From a virus: a stretch of 64,000 bases of DNA. Below the pieces are notes generated by a model that made no database searches, had not been told where the DNA came from, and saw only the letters and a list, made by a program, of their open reading frames with translations. Each line of letters starts with the position of its first letter. The first letter of the stretch is position 1. Made by a program: the position numbers and the translations under genes. Shown piece by piece: positions 27,974-39,112 of this stretch. The stretch lies in IMG/VR virus record IMGVR_UViG_3300034355_000809. One strand, 5' to 3'.

Positions 27974-30900
27974 ATGGCCGATAATAACGACATAGACATA
28001 ACTTCAGACCAAGCGTCTCAAAATCTGTATGCGGATTCAGACCTTGCTCCAATGACGTCCCTGTTTGGGGAAATGGGAAGAGACAGGTCGTTTTGGTCAC
28101 AAGTTAGCAGCGGTGTTGCAAAAGTTGTAGACGTTGCTGCAGCCTACGCCACAGGTGGCCTTAGTATGTTAACTGAACACGGCCTAGATGGATTCAAAGC
28201 TAATTATAATGAAGTAAACAAAGACCTTGACGCAATAGGTATAAGTAGAGAAAATTTTGAAGGTGATTCAAATAGTTTATTTGTTCAATTAACAAGCTTT
28301 AGAAAATCTGAGATGAATCATCTTAAAGATGAAAAAGCCAGAACTTTAATATTTGAAAAAATATATCAATCAGGCCTAATTCAATTAGCTGAAATGGCTG
28401 GTGGAATTAGGGAGTTTGCAAAACTCAGGTTTAAAAATGCAGAAACATTAAGGGCTTCAGCAGCTAAGTTCAATGACCCAACAAGAGATACTTTATGGCT
28501 TGAAAAGTTAATACAAGTTAAGAATTATTTTTACAAAGATCCATTAGCTCTTACAACTGTATACAAGTATTTTCCTAACTTATATAGATTATTCATAACT
28601 GCATTAGCAGCAACTGGTGACTATGGTCACAATATAGATGATGATCCATTGAACAACCATAACCAGATTATGGAAAATATGTTCAAAGCATTTGGTACTG
28701 ACGAAGAAGGAAACGCAGTATTTAAACCTATTTGGGCAGTAGAAAATTTTTTAACAGCACAAAAAATAGACAAAGTAATAAAAGATATGGGTTGGAATGT
28801 ATCCAATGCCCCAGCAAGTCCAGACATTTTTCACCTGAGACTTGGTGCTTCAAACTTCTATGTTCCACCTATTTCAATAAATGTTAATACCGGTTTTCAA
28901 ACTGGTAGCTTAACTGGTGGAGCCATAAGGCAAAAAGCATCTCCTAAATTTAATACAGGTTACAGAGACACAACTATTAGTTTGAAATTGTATTTCCCTA
29001 ACTATGAAGAAATATGGGGAATAACAATAGACGATGCAACAAGGATCAGTCTTAATTCAAATTTCCATATAGATTTTAAAGATCCAGAACATGAACAAAA
29101 AATCGATAAGTTCCTATCTTCTTTAAGAGGACTAGTAGCTTCATTCAAATACGCACCAATTATACCAATTAAAAATCATTATCTTAATTCGGTATTTGAT
29201 ATTACTGGAGTGGCATTGTCGTCAATGACAATATCTACAGTTCCTGGTTTCCCATTTACATTAGAAGTTGATTTAGAACTTTTTCAATTTAATCACAAGC
29301 CATTCCTACCAATGATCAAAGACTTTAATCAGGCAGTTCACTGGGGCAAATACAGGCACTATATGGGAAGAGCTGCAGGAGCATTAGCAAATAGTGTAAG
29401 CGCAGAATTTTTAGCAAACTCGCCAACCCAACCTACCGTCCCAGGAAATGAAGAGGCACAGAATGCCGCAGTGACTGGCCTAATAGATGACTCAAGTTTA
29501 AATAACGAAAATGATGCGTACATGACAAGCCCTTATGGGGCGATGCCAACAGACACAAAGCCATACGATAGTGGTGTGCTAACAACTAATGTCATGAATG
29601 ATTGGACAAATGGTAATGGCATAACTTTGTATGTTCCAGAATCAGTTCAGTCTAAGATATTTAGCCCAGACACCGCTTCATTTAGAAGTGACGAAGAAAA
29701 AGCTGTACAAGAATTTGGTAGAGCATTCTGGCAAAATTTATTGTTTAAGTTTGGTATCAACGTAACAGATGAAGCTCTATATAGAAGTTTAGACACCGTT
29801 GTTATAAACAGCACACAATTTGCTACTAGCTTATTCCAAAAAAACGTTGCCGGAAAAATAGTTGACGTAGCGTTAGCTGGAGCAAATGCCAAGAACGTTT
29901 ATGAAATGGTATATGATGCCCTAGTAATTGATCACATTAACACAGAAAAAATTACCAACCTTTCAGTAATTGACTATCTGCGTAATAGAAAAACTCCAAA
30001 CGAACTTCAAACTCCGAACTTAGGAGATCCAGCAGAAACTCAAGCACTAAAAGATAAGAAATGGGAACTCTACCTATCTTCCCAAAGTGTTAAGGGCATG
30101 TTGGCATATAAGATTAATAGTAATACAGAAGCAATTTTAAGAAAAAAGAAAATTGACATAGATAAAAATTCCAAAGACTGGGCTAGCACCAGGGAGATGG
30201 AAGAGAAAAAGTTTGTTGATGCCTTCATGGTTACTCTGTACGAGAGAACATTTCAAGACGAGAGTATTAAAAGTCTTTTAGAAGTTGGCGCAGTAAGAGA
30301 AGCAGAAAATGTCAATAGGACAGACGGAACAAACATATCTGCGTTCACAATTAGGGAATGGGAAATCCCTATGATGAAGATAGATCTTGATCCACAGTCA
30401 GTTATAGTAAACTCAGTGAGCTTAAGCATGGGTAACAACTTGGCTAGACTGCAACTTCAGATGCAAGAAGAACCAACGTTCCAATACATTGGTTCCAAAG
30501 ATACAATGATAAGCATAGCCATGACTATCTTTGGTGAAAACGAACTTAGAAAAATTAAAAAGATGTTTGACTTCTTAAGCGGCTTAGCTAGACTTGAGCA
30601 CGCAGCAGGCGTTATTGGGTTTATGGGAATTAAGAATATTATTACAGCTTTGGCTGGAGTCAAATACGTTCTGCCATTGAACTTTTCCGTTCAAACAGTT
30701 GAGGGTTTCCCACACGTTTACAATGTGCAACTCATGTTGGTTGATTTTGATATTTTTCAACAAAAAAGAGAAAACATAAGCTCTCAACAACAAGCCGCAT
30801 TTATTAAAGAATTTGGAAGTAAAAGAAATCCTTTCTTAAGATTAAAGCAAAGATGGGATATGATAAACACATATCCAGATCTTCCACTTGATCTCGTAGA

Positions 30901-33900
30901 TGCCGACTCAAAAGATATGGTTGGAACATTAGACCCAGACTTCTATTTTAGATCCTTTGAAATGTATGATGATGATGTCGTAAAAAGCATTATTGATCCA
31001 TCAAAGTACACACTTCCTACTGGAAATACAAATGAAAAAAATAATCTCAGTGACAGAGGAAAATCTTTTGTTTATTTTGTTAAAAAAATACTCATAGAAA
31101 ACAATGGAGATATCAATAAGGTAAAAGAGTATCTAATAGATCAGTCAAAACTTTCTTCAACTGAAGCTATGAAGGTCTTTAGGATAGCTATCTTTGACCA
31201 AATGAATGAACCAGAATTTGAAACGCCATTGCAGGCAAGTAGATTTATAGCTAACAAGTATCCAAGTATATGGAAGGATATGATCGACCTATTTAAGGAC
31301 GAAGACAATATAGAGTACGCTTTTGAGGATATAAAGTTCGGTACTAAGTATGGTGAATTAAAAATAGGTGATGTAGTTTCTGGCTCAAAAGAAGAAGTAG
31401 ATAAATTTAATAAGCTTATAACAGACAGTATAGAAAAGGCTGATGGGAAAGAATTACCATCTTTTGATCCGGACGACGTTGACCACTTTGGCCTTATGCA
31501 TTTCCTCCCTGCTGCAGACTCTGGACAAACTGGAAAACTTCCAGCCATATATCAGACACCAGATGGCGGCTACGTTTTAGGCTATCAGCATAAAGAGGAT
31601 GGAAGATTCTATGTGGCTCAAGACTACCTTACGGTAGATGCTAACGGAAAAATGACTCCAACATCAAAAGTAACTCAAGTTTCTGACACGCAATCACCTG
31701 AAAGAGATTCTCAGAATTCTCACACTGGAGTCCCAACAGCCAAATCCTTAGACTCATATATGAATGCCTACGGTACTGATAACGTTGATGCTTCTCAAGC
31801 GGTGTCTACTGGTGGCAGTCACAAAGGTGTTGCAAAGCACTGGCAGAAAATGATGTTAGACACCAGGTACAGAGATATTGGTGGAAGAATGATTAGAGCA
31901 TTCCCGACTTACATGTTATGGCTAATCGATGACAGCAACTTCTTTGCTGGCGTTAAATTGTTTGACAATTTCTATGGACTTCAATCAATAATTGATTTTT
32001 CAATTGTCCAATCAGAAGATATTCTTGGCGATACCCTGATGCTTAGGTTGTCTAATACTTATTCTAAATTATCTAGACCAGAATTAACATTGAATAGTAT
32101 TATTAATACTGAAGGAGTGTTAAATAGCGGTACAACAAGTACTGAAATTAAATCAGCAGCAACAAACCTTTCGCAAGGAACAGCTGCAATTGTACAAACT
32201 TTGTTAAATAGAACAATGAATATTAAATCTCACATGAGTTCTAAGTATGTTACTGAAATAGAAAATATGAGATTAAAGCCAGGGGTAAGAGTCCACCTAA
32301 GAGCTGGTTATGGTTCAAATCCAAACTCATTACAAACTATATTTAACGGTGTTATTGCAGAAGTAGAACATGGTGAGATCATGACCATCATAGCTCAGTC
32401 AGATGCAGTTGAACTAAGTCCTATTATTAATAGTACGAAGAAAAAAGGTGACAGCGGAAAAATTGATGGCGGGATAAACACTGGGCTCTGGATGTCAGAG
32501 CCAAGAGATTTGATGATAAGACTCTTGTCAATGGGTGCGTCAAGAATGAGGGAAGCTTTTGCACACGCAACACGTGGTGCAGTTTTCTCTGAAAACAAGT
32601 TTGGCATTAGACACTTTGGATCCATACTGTATGCTCCGCTATCGGCAGAAGAAGAACAAAAGGCAATGCAGTACAAGGCTAGTGTGGTTAATGCATTCAA
32701 CGCGATTGCCAAGAACCCAGTCAGTGGAACCGCAGGGCTTGCCTGGAATTCCACAGTCAATATAGCTACCGGTGGTACAGCGCAATTTTTAAACACAGGA
32801 ATAAACGTAGGTTCAACTGGTGGTCTTTCTCCGTTGCAGGGCGTTACAGGCCTAGAAAGCGCTGGTGGAAGCGTTAGAACGCCAGTTGTGGGCGCAATGC
32901 AAACACTATGGGCTAACTTTAGCACGCAGAGAGATCTCGAGATATTCAAAAGAAACATCTATCCAGGCAATGGTGTCGGCGTTGCTCAGTTCCTTGGTGG
33001 GGACCTAGATGATGGCTGGTCAACTATGGCAAGCATGGATATCAGTATGATAGACAAAGAAAAGTTTGGCTACTTAGATAGACTAAGCAATAATACTTGG
33101 TCAGGATTAATAGATCAGTCTGGTAAGGGCGTTACAGATGCAGCAGAAGTATTAGAAAAAACAACTGCAAATAATAAATTGGTAGACTCAAGTAACTCGA
33201 TAGGGACTTCTAAGATAATAGCTGGAACAGCTGCTTTAGCTGTTGGTTATTTTGCTTCACCAGTAGCTGGTTTAGCTCTAGGTTCTGGGCTTTTAGGTTC
33301 GATGAACGGAAGAGGCCTTAGTAACATTATGAAAACAATGGGTCTTGTTTCAGACTTAGATGATGATATTTATGATGAAGTTTCTTTTAGGGCGCAAACT
33401 TACATGAGAAGTATCTGGGACATGTTTCAAATGTGCGCAAGATTATTGCCAAACTATATTGTTGCCGTTAGACCCTTCGAAGATAGATCAACTATTTTTT
33501 ACGGAAAACCACACTGGCTGTATACATCTGGTGTATTCCCAGTTTCAACAGGATTCCCAAATGAGGAAAATGCAAGAACAAATGGTATTAATACACCTGG
33601 TTACATAAATCCTGATGATACTTTAAACGAAATTCTTTCTTCTGTAAATAAAAATACTGGTTCTACAGCAGATGCTATGTTTGCTGCAGGCAGCAAGGAA
33701 AGCACAGTAGCTGACAACATGGCTTCTATGGCTAAAGATATTATTTCTGGAACAGGCATATTTGCTGCGGGTGGAAGATTGCGTGGAAAAGTAATAAATT
33801 TTGCTGACACAGAAAGACAAAAATATTACCACTACGATAAAATCGTTTCTAGACTGCCAGTCAATAAGGGTAAAGTTCAAGTAGGCTTTCACTTGCCTTT

Positions 33901-36900
33901 TGCTAGCTCATCTAGATTAAACCCAACTTTAGGAGATAAAGAAGTAGATAGAAGAACCGCGTCAAAACAGATCGATGCTCCGATACAACAAGATCATAAA
34001 CAAATTGATCAACTCCCTATAAGGTTTCGTTATCCGTTTTTTTCCAACAGAGCAAGTGGAACTTTACCTTCACTGGATTATGACAAAATTGTTAAAAGTG
34101 TCGAAGGTGAAGACGTACCAAAAATTATTTCTAACATAGTTCAAATTTCTTTATTAGAAAAGTCTTTAGTAAGTAAAGAAAAAGACTCTGATACAACAGC
34201 ACTAGTAAGCAGTAAGGAAGAGGGTGGTGAACCTACGCTGGACTTCAATTTTAATTTTGCAAGTAAGCTTCCATTTCTTGGCCTAGATCAACTCATGACC
34301 GATACAGCAGCCTTTGATCCATCAGGCATTTATGATCCAAAAGGAAAATTGGGCATAATCACGACATCAAGAACCGTGAGAATGCCATTGCCAGTTTTAG
34401 ATATGCAGTCACAAACTGATATACAACTAACAAGCGGGGGTCAAACTGTACTACTGGAAAATTTTGAAAAGTATTATGATGACCTAGATCCAGCATATGC
34501 TCTGCAAGATAAGTACAGGGCGGGAGGAGCCATGTTAGATTTTACCGAATGGGGAATGCCGGCTTCTGCAGAAGATGAACAGTTTTATATCGCCATGAGA
34601 TGGCCATATAATCCACTAGAATCTAGATCGGCACGTGGATTTGATGAAAAAGCATCAGTAAATGTTAAGCAACAAGTACTGCAAGATTTTTTAAAGATGT
34701 ACAACCTGAAAGAGGAAGACTTAGTTGGTAGCCCAGAAGAATACAAGAAGAGAAAAGTACTTGTATACAACCCAGAAAAGAAAGTGGCAGTTGTTTGTAC
34801 TCCAGCTTATTTCTTATGGGGAGAGACTGAAGCAGACGGAGATGGAAGCAATAAGATTGATGCAGTAATATCACCAGATGCTGCATACTTTCTTCATCTC
34901 TTAATTAACGATAAAGGCCAAATTCTTTCACCATTAGAAAATCTAGGAACTTTATCTCTCGAACAAGCCGATGGCAATGGAACAACTACAACAGCTGGAC
35001 AATGGGAAGCCCTTGGAATGGCGGAGCAAAATCTCAAAGAGTGCATGTTCACTTTTGTGCCAGATGGTACTCCAGTTGGAGTTGTAACAAGTGATTACAA
35101 TCCAGCAAATCAATTTAGCTTTGGAACAGAAAGTTTTATACCAGGTAATGATACTTTCTTAATCGGATTCGGAGCTTTTAAAACTGCTGACGAGGGAAGA
35201 AGTTTGGAAGATCAAATAAATAATGGTTTTCTTCCCGCTGTAGTATTACCAGAAAATACTGGCGGACATCCTTCGTTAAGATCTAATAACCATAGCGGAA
35301 TTCTTAGTGATGACTATACTTTCGATGATGTTATTTCTCTAAAAACATCAATTGATTGGCAAAGAGAATGGAGCAGGGGCGGCAACTATCTTAAGTATTA
35401 TGACAAAGTTTCAGCTGGAGATTATGAAAGTTTAAAGCAAGATAAATTAATAGAAAAATTAGAAGAAGATAAAAAAGATAAAACTTTTGAAAACTTTGTT
35501 AAAGTATATGACCCAATAGATTCAGTAAGCGTTACCGCAAGAGGTTTCTATGACGAAAAATTTGACAGCACAGTCAAAACTATTGCCGGCAATGGAAGAA
35601 GAGTATACGAAGCCCAACAAATATGGGATCAATTTAGGTATGGTTATCATAATTATGATTCAGTAAAAAATATTTTTTATCAGATGTTTAATCTCGACCC
35701 AGATGATGATACCGATTCCCAAGATCCATTGTTCGAACTTCTTACTGGTTCAGGAATTCAGGCGTTTGAAGAGTTTGGAGCAGATTCTAGAAGCTCAGAG
35801 TTTTCAACTTTACTTGGAGCAGACTGGGTCTCTACCTTAACCAGAGGAGAAGGCACTGCGGATAATTACCAATTTGGTACAGATGTAGCAGCTGCTATAG
35901 ATATAGCAGTTAACGAATATGTTGATGGCGGGTTTGACGGATTTGATGAAAATAGATCAAAAATTATAAATAAAGATAAAGGAATTATTGACGCCTATAA
36001 TGCACTTGTTTATAAAAAAGTATCTGGAATTAGAAACCTTGTTAAGGGCCACTTCGAAACATACGAATACGGACCTACACAAGAGGATGCTGATCCAGCA
36101 GCTGGAGCTGACAAATCTCCAGCAAAAAGTTCTACTAATGATTCTATCTTAGCCGATGTTATAAGTAAATTATCATTATCTAAAAAACCAGAAGATAAAG
36201 CAAAAGTATTATTGAGCAACATAAAAACTCCAAAACAATTGTTCTTGTTACTGGTTGGAATATTCAGGCAAAAACTATGGGCAGACCCATATGCAAGAGC
36301 CTGGGTTGTTTTAAGGCCAGACAAAAAACGTTTTAATCCAAGCACAGGAACTTCAATCTTAAATGCAGTTGTGCCAGTCACGGCTCCAGTTACAATTGCG
36401 TTCAATCTAGGAAGCGATGAAAATGATGACTGGAGCTTTAGATCCTTTGATAGAATATTTAATGCGTTTATTGACTATAACGCTGAATACGCAACAAACC
36501 CACAATCACTGATAAAGCTTCTTAAGGCCAATGCCAAAGAAGGAAGTAACGCTGGCAACTGGATAACTGGAGTCTTAGAAGACGTTGATAGTTTCTGGGA
36601 TAGAAATATAGGACCAATTTTTACTGCGTTTGATGCAGCGTTGGGCAATCTCTTAAACATGTTTAGAATGTCTATGGCTCAAATGGGTTATGGACTAAAT
36701 GAATTAGAAAACTTTACCAAGCAAGCAAACATTCTTAACAAAGCTTATAACGATTCAATATACTACTCTCTTGGTAGACAAGGCACTCTACTCAGAGCTG
36801 TTGATAATCCATTTACTAGAGAGTATGGAGAACCTGTCGTAGAGGTTAGGGAACCTTTCCAGAGATTGCACTACATCAGTTCATTCACTCATATTTTAAA

Positions 36901-39112
36901 AAATAATATTAAAGAAAACTTTAGTGGTGTAGCTACACAAATAACAGCTGTTTCAGATGGAAAATATCCAGTAACAGTTTCTTTGGATAAAGCTGCTCCA
37001 CCAGAAAGACAAGTTGAAAAAACTGTTGAAACTGGAATTTATTTTGATAACGTTAAAGGCGAAGGAGTATGGGGAATACTACATCCGATATTCCATCCTC
37101 TCCAAACTGCTAGAGGAATTGCAAAAGCAGCTCAAGGAGATCCAGATGAATTAACCGCAAGAAGAGTAGCTCTTTCCCACCTTAAAGAATCTTTGAAAGA
37201 TATATATGGTGGTGAAATAATTGTCATAGGCAACGCAGACATTAGACCACATGACATAGTTTATCTTGCGGATGTTTATGAAAGAATGTATGGAATATTT
37301 GAAGTAGAACAAGTAGTACATCACTTTACTCCAGAAACTGGATTTGTTACTAGTATTACTCCAAATGCTTTTGTTACTGTCAACGATCCAGCTAGATGGT
37401 TCTTGTCATCTTGGATGGCATCTCAATTCAGTATGCAAAATTTAAGAAACGACACTAGGTTGCTTTTAGCTAATAAGTCAAATAACTCTAGACTAACTAT
37501 AAATGGTGACGTGTCAGTGGATAGATTAGGCGACATGCTTAAAGATCAAATGGTTGGCGGCATGCAATACACCCACGGACATTCCGCATTGCTAAAAGAC
37601 ATACAGGCTAATGCTTTAGCAGACTCAATGCCAGAGGGTGCTGAACAAATGAAGGCAATGATTGCAGCAAACACGGGTAGGCTAGAAGGCTCTGTAAAAA
37701 GCGCTGTCTTTGCCGGTTTGGTTATGCCTGCAATAACAGCTACAGCAACAGTTGGTGCAACTATGTTGGGAGGCCCTATAGCTGGTGCAGCTGTTGCAGC
37801 AGGACTTTCTTTGGCAACCGATGGTGCTTGGAACGCGTGGAAGTGGGTAAGGGACAATGTTCTAGACCAGCATGGTTGTTATATCCAGTACTTGTCAAAG
37901 AATGGGCAACCGATGGATGCAGGTTTGTCGAACTTCCAGGGCATGGTTGTTGGTAAATACCACTCAATAAAACTTCTTCCTGGCCTTCTTAACGTAAGAA
38001 CAAAAACTAAATCTATTGAAGGCAATGCCTTCATAAGATCAGATGACTTGTTAAAGAATATGGGTTGGAAAGAAAAAGAAATAGGTGATCTTGTCAGATA
38101 TATAAGTTTAGAAAATGCAATTGTTCACTCTCAATTGTTAAAGTATTCTGGATTAGGGCCAGAAAAGACAGGCCTTAATCAATACTTTAAGACTATCGTT
38201 TATGTAAAGCATGTAGTTGACGGTGACACCATAGATGTTATAGATGTATTAAGTGGATCTAACGAAACATATCGTGAATATAGAGTAAGATTTGACGGAG
38301 TTGACACTTCAGAATTGCAAAAAAATAATGTTTCAAAAGATGTTGGAATAATAGATGTCAACTCAACAGCTTCAAAAGGTTTGTTCTTTACAAAAGCAGC
38401 ATTAGAGGGCAGACTAATAGTTCTTAGAGTAAGTCCAAACAATGCTACAATGATACTCACCGCAGATGATTTAGAAGCAGGTGCACTAGTTAACAATAGA
38501 GTCAACTATGCAACTTCAAGAAGAAGTGAAAAATGGGGTAACAGCGGACCTGAAAGATATATGGCGTCCGTATTTTACAAGACCGACGCAGAAAGCTATG
38601 CCGCCATTAAGAACCAGATAAGGTCAATATTCCTAGCAATACCAGGGACAACAGACGATACTCTTGCTTACGTAAAAAATAAAGCAAAAGAATTAATAAG
38701 CCCAGAATCTGTGATCTATACTAGATTTGATCAGCTATACGCAGCTACCTTAACTGTACAAAACCTTATCAGAGACTCCCTTCCTACTTATGGTACTCAA
38801 AAAACTGCAATCCACTTTGAAACAAGTGGAGAGACCGATCCACTAAACGGACTGAGCAACATAGAAATAAGAGCCTATGATGCCCTTGTTGATATGTTAG
38901 TTCTATTAAAGATTTATAATAAAGCTTCAGAATGGCCAATGGCTGAGTGGGACGAGTACTATGAGGATGGAACTCCAGTAACACTTAACTGGGAATTAAT
39001 CACAAATGGATTGGGTAAGGTTTACACAGCAGGGTTAAATCTCGTGAGTGGGCCAGCAATGGTTGGCGTAGACAAAATGGTTCCAACTTTCAAAAAAGTA
39101 TTAGGTGAATAA
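27974..39112 (+). CDS. Giant (3712 aa) baseplate hub-like virion protein with RlpA-like DPBB and C-terminal thermonuclease (SNase)-like domains
   Basis: Hub-like segments 'LKPGVRVHLRAGYG...IFNGVIAEV' and 'GEIIVIGNADIRPHDIVYL...GIFEVEQVVHHF...GFVTSITP'. RlpA-like 'YIAMRW...VLVYNP...ISPDAA'. SNase-like 'VVDGDTIDV...RVRFDGVDTSE...LNWELITNGLGKVY'. Confidence 0.65.
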   Translation: MADNNDIDITSDQASQNLYADSDLAPMTSLFGEMGRDRSFWSQVSSGVAKVVDVAAAYATGGLSMLTEHGLDGFKANYNEVNKDLDAIGISRENFEGDSNSLFVQLTSFRKSEMNHLKDEKARTLIFEKIYQSGLIQLAEMAGGIREFAKLRFKNAETLRASAAKFNDPTRDTLWLEKLIQVKNYFYKDPLALTTVYKYFPNLYRLFITALAATGDYGHNIDDDPLNNHNQIMENMFKAFGTDEEGNAVFKPIWAVENFLTAQKIDKVIKDMGWNVSNAPASPDIFHLRLGASNFYVPPISINVNTGFQTGSLTGGAIRQKASPKFNTGYRDTTISLKLYFPNYEEIWGITIDDATRISLNSNFHIDFKDPEHEQKIDKFLSSLRGLVASFKYAPIIPIKNHYLNSVFDITGVALSSMTISTVPGFPFTLEVDLELFQFNHKPFLPMIKDFNQAVHWGKYRHYMGRAAGALANSVSAEFLANSPTQPTVPGNEEAQNAAVTGLIDDSSLNNENDAYMTSPYGAMPTDTKPYDSGVLTTNVMNDWTNGNGITLYVPESVQSKIFSPDTASFRSDEEKAVQEFGRAFWQNLLFKFGINVTDEALYRSLDTVVINSTQFATSLFQKNVAGKIVDVALAGANAKNVYEMVYDALVIDHINTEKITNLSVIDYLRNRKTPNELQTPNLGDPAETQALKDKKWELYLSSQSVKGMLAYKINSNTEAILRKKKIDIDKNSKDWASTREMEEKKFVDAFMVTLYERTFQDESIKSLLEVGAVREAENVNRTDGTNISAFTIREWEIPMMKIDLDPQSVIVNSVSLSMGNNLARLQLQMQEEPTFQYIGSKDTMISIAMTIFGENELRKIKKMFDFLSGLARLEHAAGVIGFMGIKNIITALAGVKYVLPLNFSVQTVEGFPHVYNVQLMLVDFDIFQQKRENISSQQQAAFIKEFGSKRNPFLRLKQRWDMINTYPDLPLDLVDADSKDMVGTLDPDFYFRSFEMYDDDVVKSIIDPSKYTLPTGNTNEKNNLSDRGKSFVYFVKKILIENNGDINKVKEYLIDQSKLSSTEAMKVFRIAIFDQMNEPEFETPLQASRFIANKYPSIWKDMIDLFKDEDNIEYAFEDIKFGTKYGELKIGDVVSGSKEEVDKFNKLITDSIEKADGKELPSFDPDDVDHFGLMHFLPAADSGQTGKLPAIYQTPDGGYVLGYQHKEDGRFYVAQDYLTVDANGKMTPTSKVTQVSDTQSPERDSQNSHTGVPTAKSLDSYMNAYGTDNVDASQAVSTGGSHKGVAKHWQKMMLDTRYRDIGGRMIRAFPTYMLWLIDDSNFFAGVKLFDNFYGLQSIIDFSIVQSEDILGDTLMLRLSNTYSKLSRPELTLNSIINTEGVLNSGTTSTEIKSAATNLSQGTAAIVQTLLNRTMNIKSHMSSKYVTEIENMRLKPGVRVHLRAGYGSNPNSLQTIFNGVIAEVEHGEIMTIIAQSDAVELSPIINSTKKKGDSGKIDGGINTGLWMSEPRDLMIRLLSMGASRMREAFAHATRGAVFSENKFGIRHFGSILYAPLSAEEEQKAMQYKASVVNAFNAIAKNPVSGTAGLAWNSTVNIATGGTAQFLNTGINVGSTGGLSPLQGVTGLESAGGSVRTPVVGAMQTLWANFSTQRDLEIFKRNIYPGNGVGVAQFLGGDLDDGWSTMASMDISMIDKEKFGYLDRLSNNTWSGLIDQSGKGVTDAAEVLEKTTANNKLVDSSNSIGTSKIIAGTAALAVGYFASPVAGLALGSGLLGSMNGRGLSNIMKTMGLVSDLDDDIYDEVSFRAQTYMRSIWDMFQMCARLLPNYIVAVRPFEDRSTIFYGKPHWLYTSGVFPVSTGFPNEENARTNGINTPGYINPDDTLNEILSSVNKNTGSTADAMFAAGSKESTVADNMASMAKDIISGTGIFAAGGRLRGKVINFADTERQKYYHYDKIVSRLPVNKGKVQVGFHLPFASSSRLNPTLGDKEVDRRTASKQIDAPIQQDHKQIDQLPIRFRYPFFSNRASGTLPSLDYDKIVKSVEGEDVPKIISNIVQISLLEKSLVSKEKDSDTTALVSSKEEGGEPTLDFNFNFASKLPFLGLDQLMTDTAAFDPSGIYDPKGKLGIITTSRTVRMPLPVLDMQSQTDIQLTSGGQTVLLENFEKYYDDLDPAYALQDKYRAGGAMLDFTEWGMPASAEDEQFYIAMRWPYNPLESRSARGFDEKASVNVKQQVLQDFLKMYNLKEEDLVGSPEEYKKRKVLVYNPEKKVAVVCTPAYFLWGETEADGDGSNKIDAVISPDAAYFLHLLINDKGQILSPLENLGTLSLEQADGNGTTTTAGQWEALGMAEQNLKECMFTFVPDGTPVGVVTSDYNPANQFSFGTESFIPGNDTFLIGFGAFKTADEGRSLEDQINNGFLPAVVLPENTGGHPSLRSNNHSGILSDDYTFDDVISLKTSIDWQREWSRGGNYLKYYDKVSAGDYESLKQDKLIEKLEEDKKDKTFENFVKVYDPIDSVSVTARGFYDEKFDSTVKTIAGNGRRVYEAQQIWDQFRYGYHNYDSVKNIFYQMFNLDPDDDTDSQDPLFELLTGSGIQAFEEFGADSRSSEFSTLLGADWVSTLTRGEGTADNYQFGTDVAAAIDIAVNEYVDGGFDGFDENRSKIINKDKGIIDAYNALVYKKVSGIRNLVKGHFETYEYGPTQEDADPAAGADKSPAKSSTNDSILADVISKLSLSKKPEDKAKVLLSNIKTPKQLFLLLVGIFRQKLWADPYARAWVVLRPDKKRFNPSTGTSILNAVVPVTAPVTIAFNLGSDENDDWSFRSFDRIFNAFIDYNAEYATNPQSLIKLLKANAKEGSNAGNWITGVLEDVDSFWDRNIGPIFTAFDAALGNLLNMFRMSMAQMGYGLNELENFTKQANILNKAYNDSIYYSLGRQGTLLRAVDNPFTREYGEPVVEVREPFQRLHYISSFTHILKNNIKENFSGVATQITAVSDGKYPVTVSLDKAAPPERQVEKTVETGIYFDNVKGEGVWGILHPIFHPLQTARGIAKAAQGDPDELTARRVALSHLKESLKDIYGGEIIVIGNADIRPHDIVYLADVYERMYGIFEVEQVVHHFTPETGFVTSITPNAFVTVNDPARWFLSSWMASQFSMQNLRNDTRLLLANKSNNSRLTINGDVSVDRLGDMLKDQMVGGMQYTHGHSALLKDIQANALADSMPEGAEQMKAMIAANTGRLEGSVKSAVFAGLVMPAITATATVGATMLGGPIAGAAVAAGLSLATDGAWNAWKWVRDNVLDQHGCYIQYLSKNGQPMDAGLSNFQGMVVGKYHSIKLLPGLLNVRTKTKSIEGNAFIRSDDLLKNMGWKEKEIGDLVRYISLENAIVHSQLLKYSGLGPEKTGLNQYFKTIVYVKHVVDGDTIDVIDVLSGSNETYREYRVRFDGVDTSELQKNNVSKDVGIIDVNSTASKGLFFTKAALEGRLIVLRVSPNNATMILTADDLEAGALVNNRVNYATSRRSEKWGNSGPERYMASVFYKTDAESYAAIKNQIRSIFLAIPGTTDDTLAYVKNKAKELISPESVIYTRFDQLYAATLTVQNLIRDSLPTYGTQKTAIHFETSGETDPLNGLSNIEIRAYDALVDMLVLLKIYNKASEWPMAEWDEYYEDGTPVTLNWELITNGLGKVYTAGLNLVSGPAMVGVDKMVPTFKKVLGE

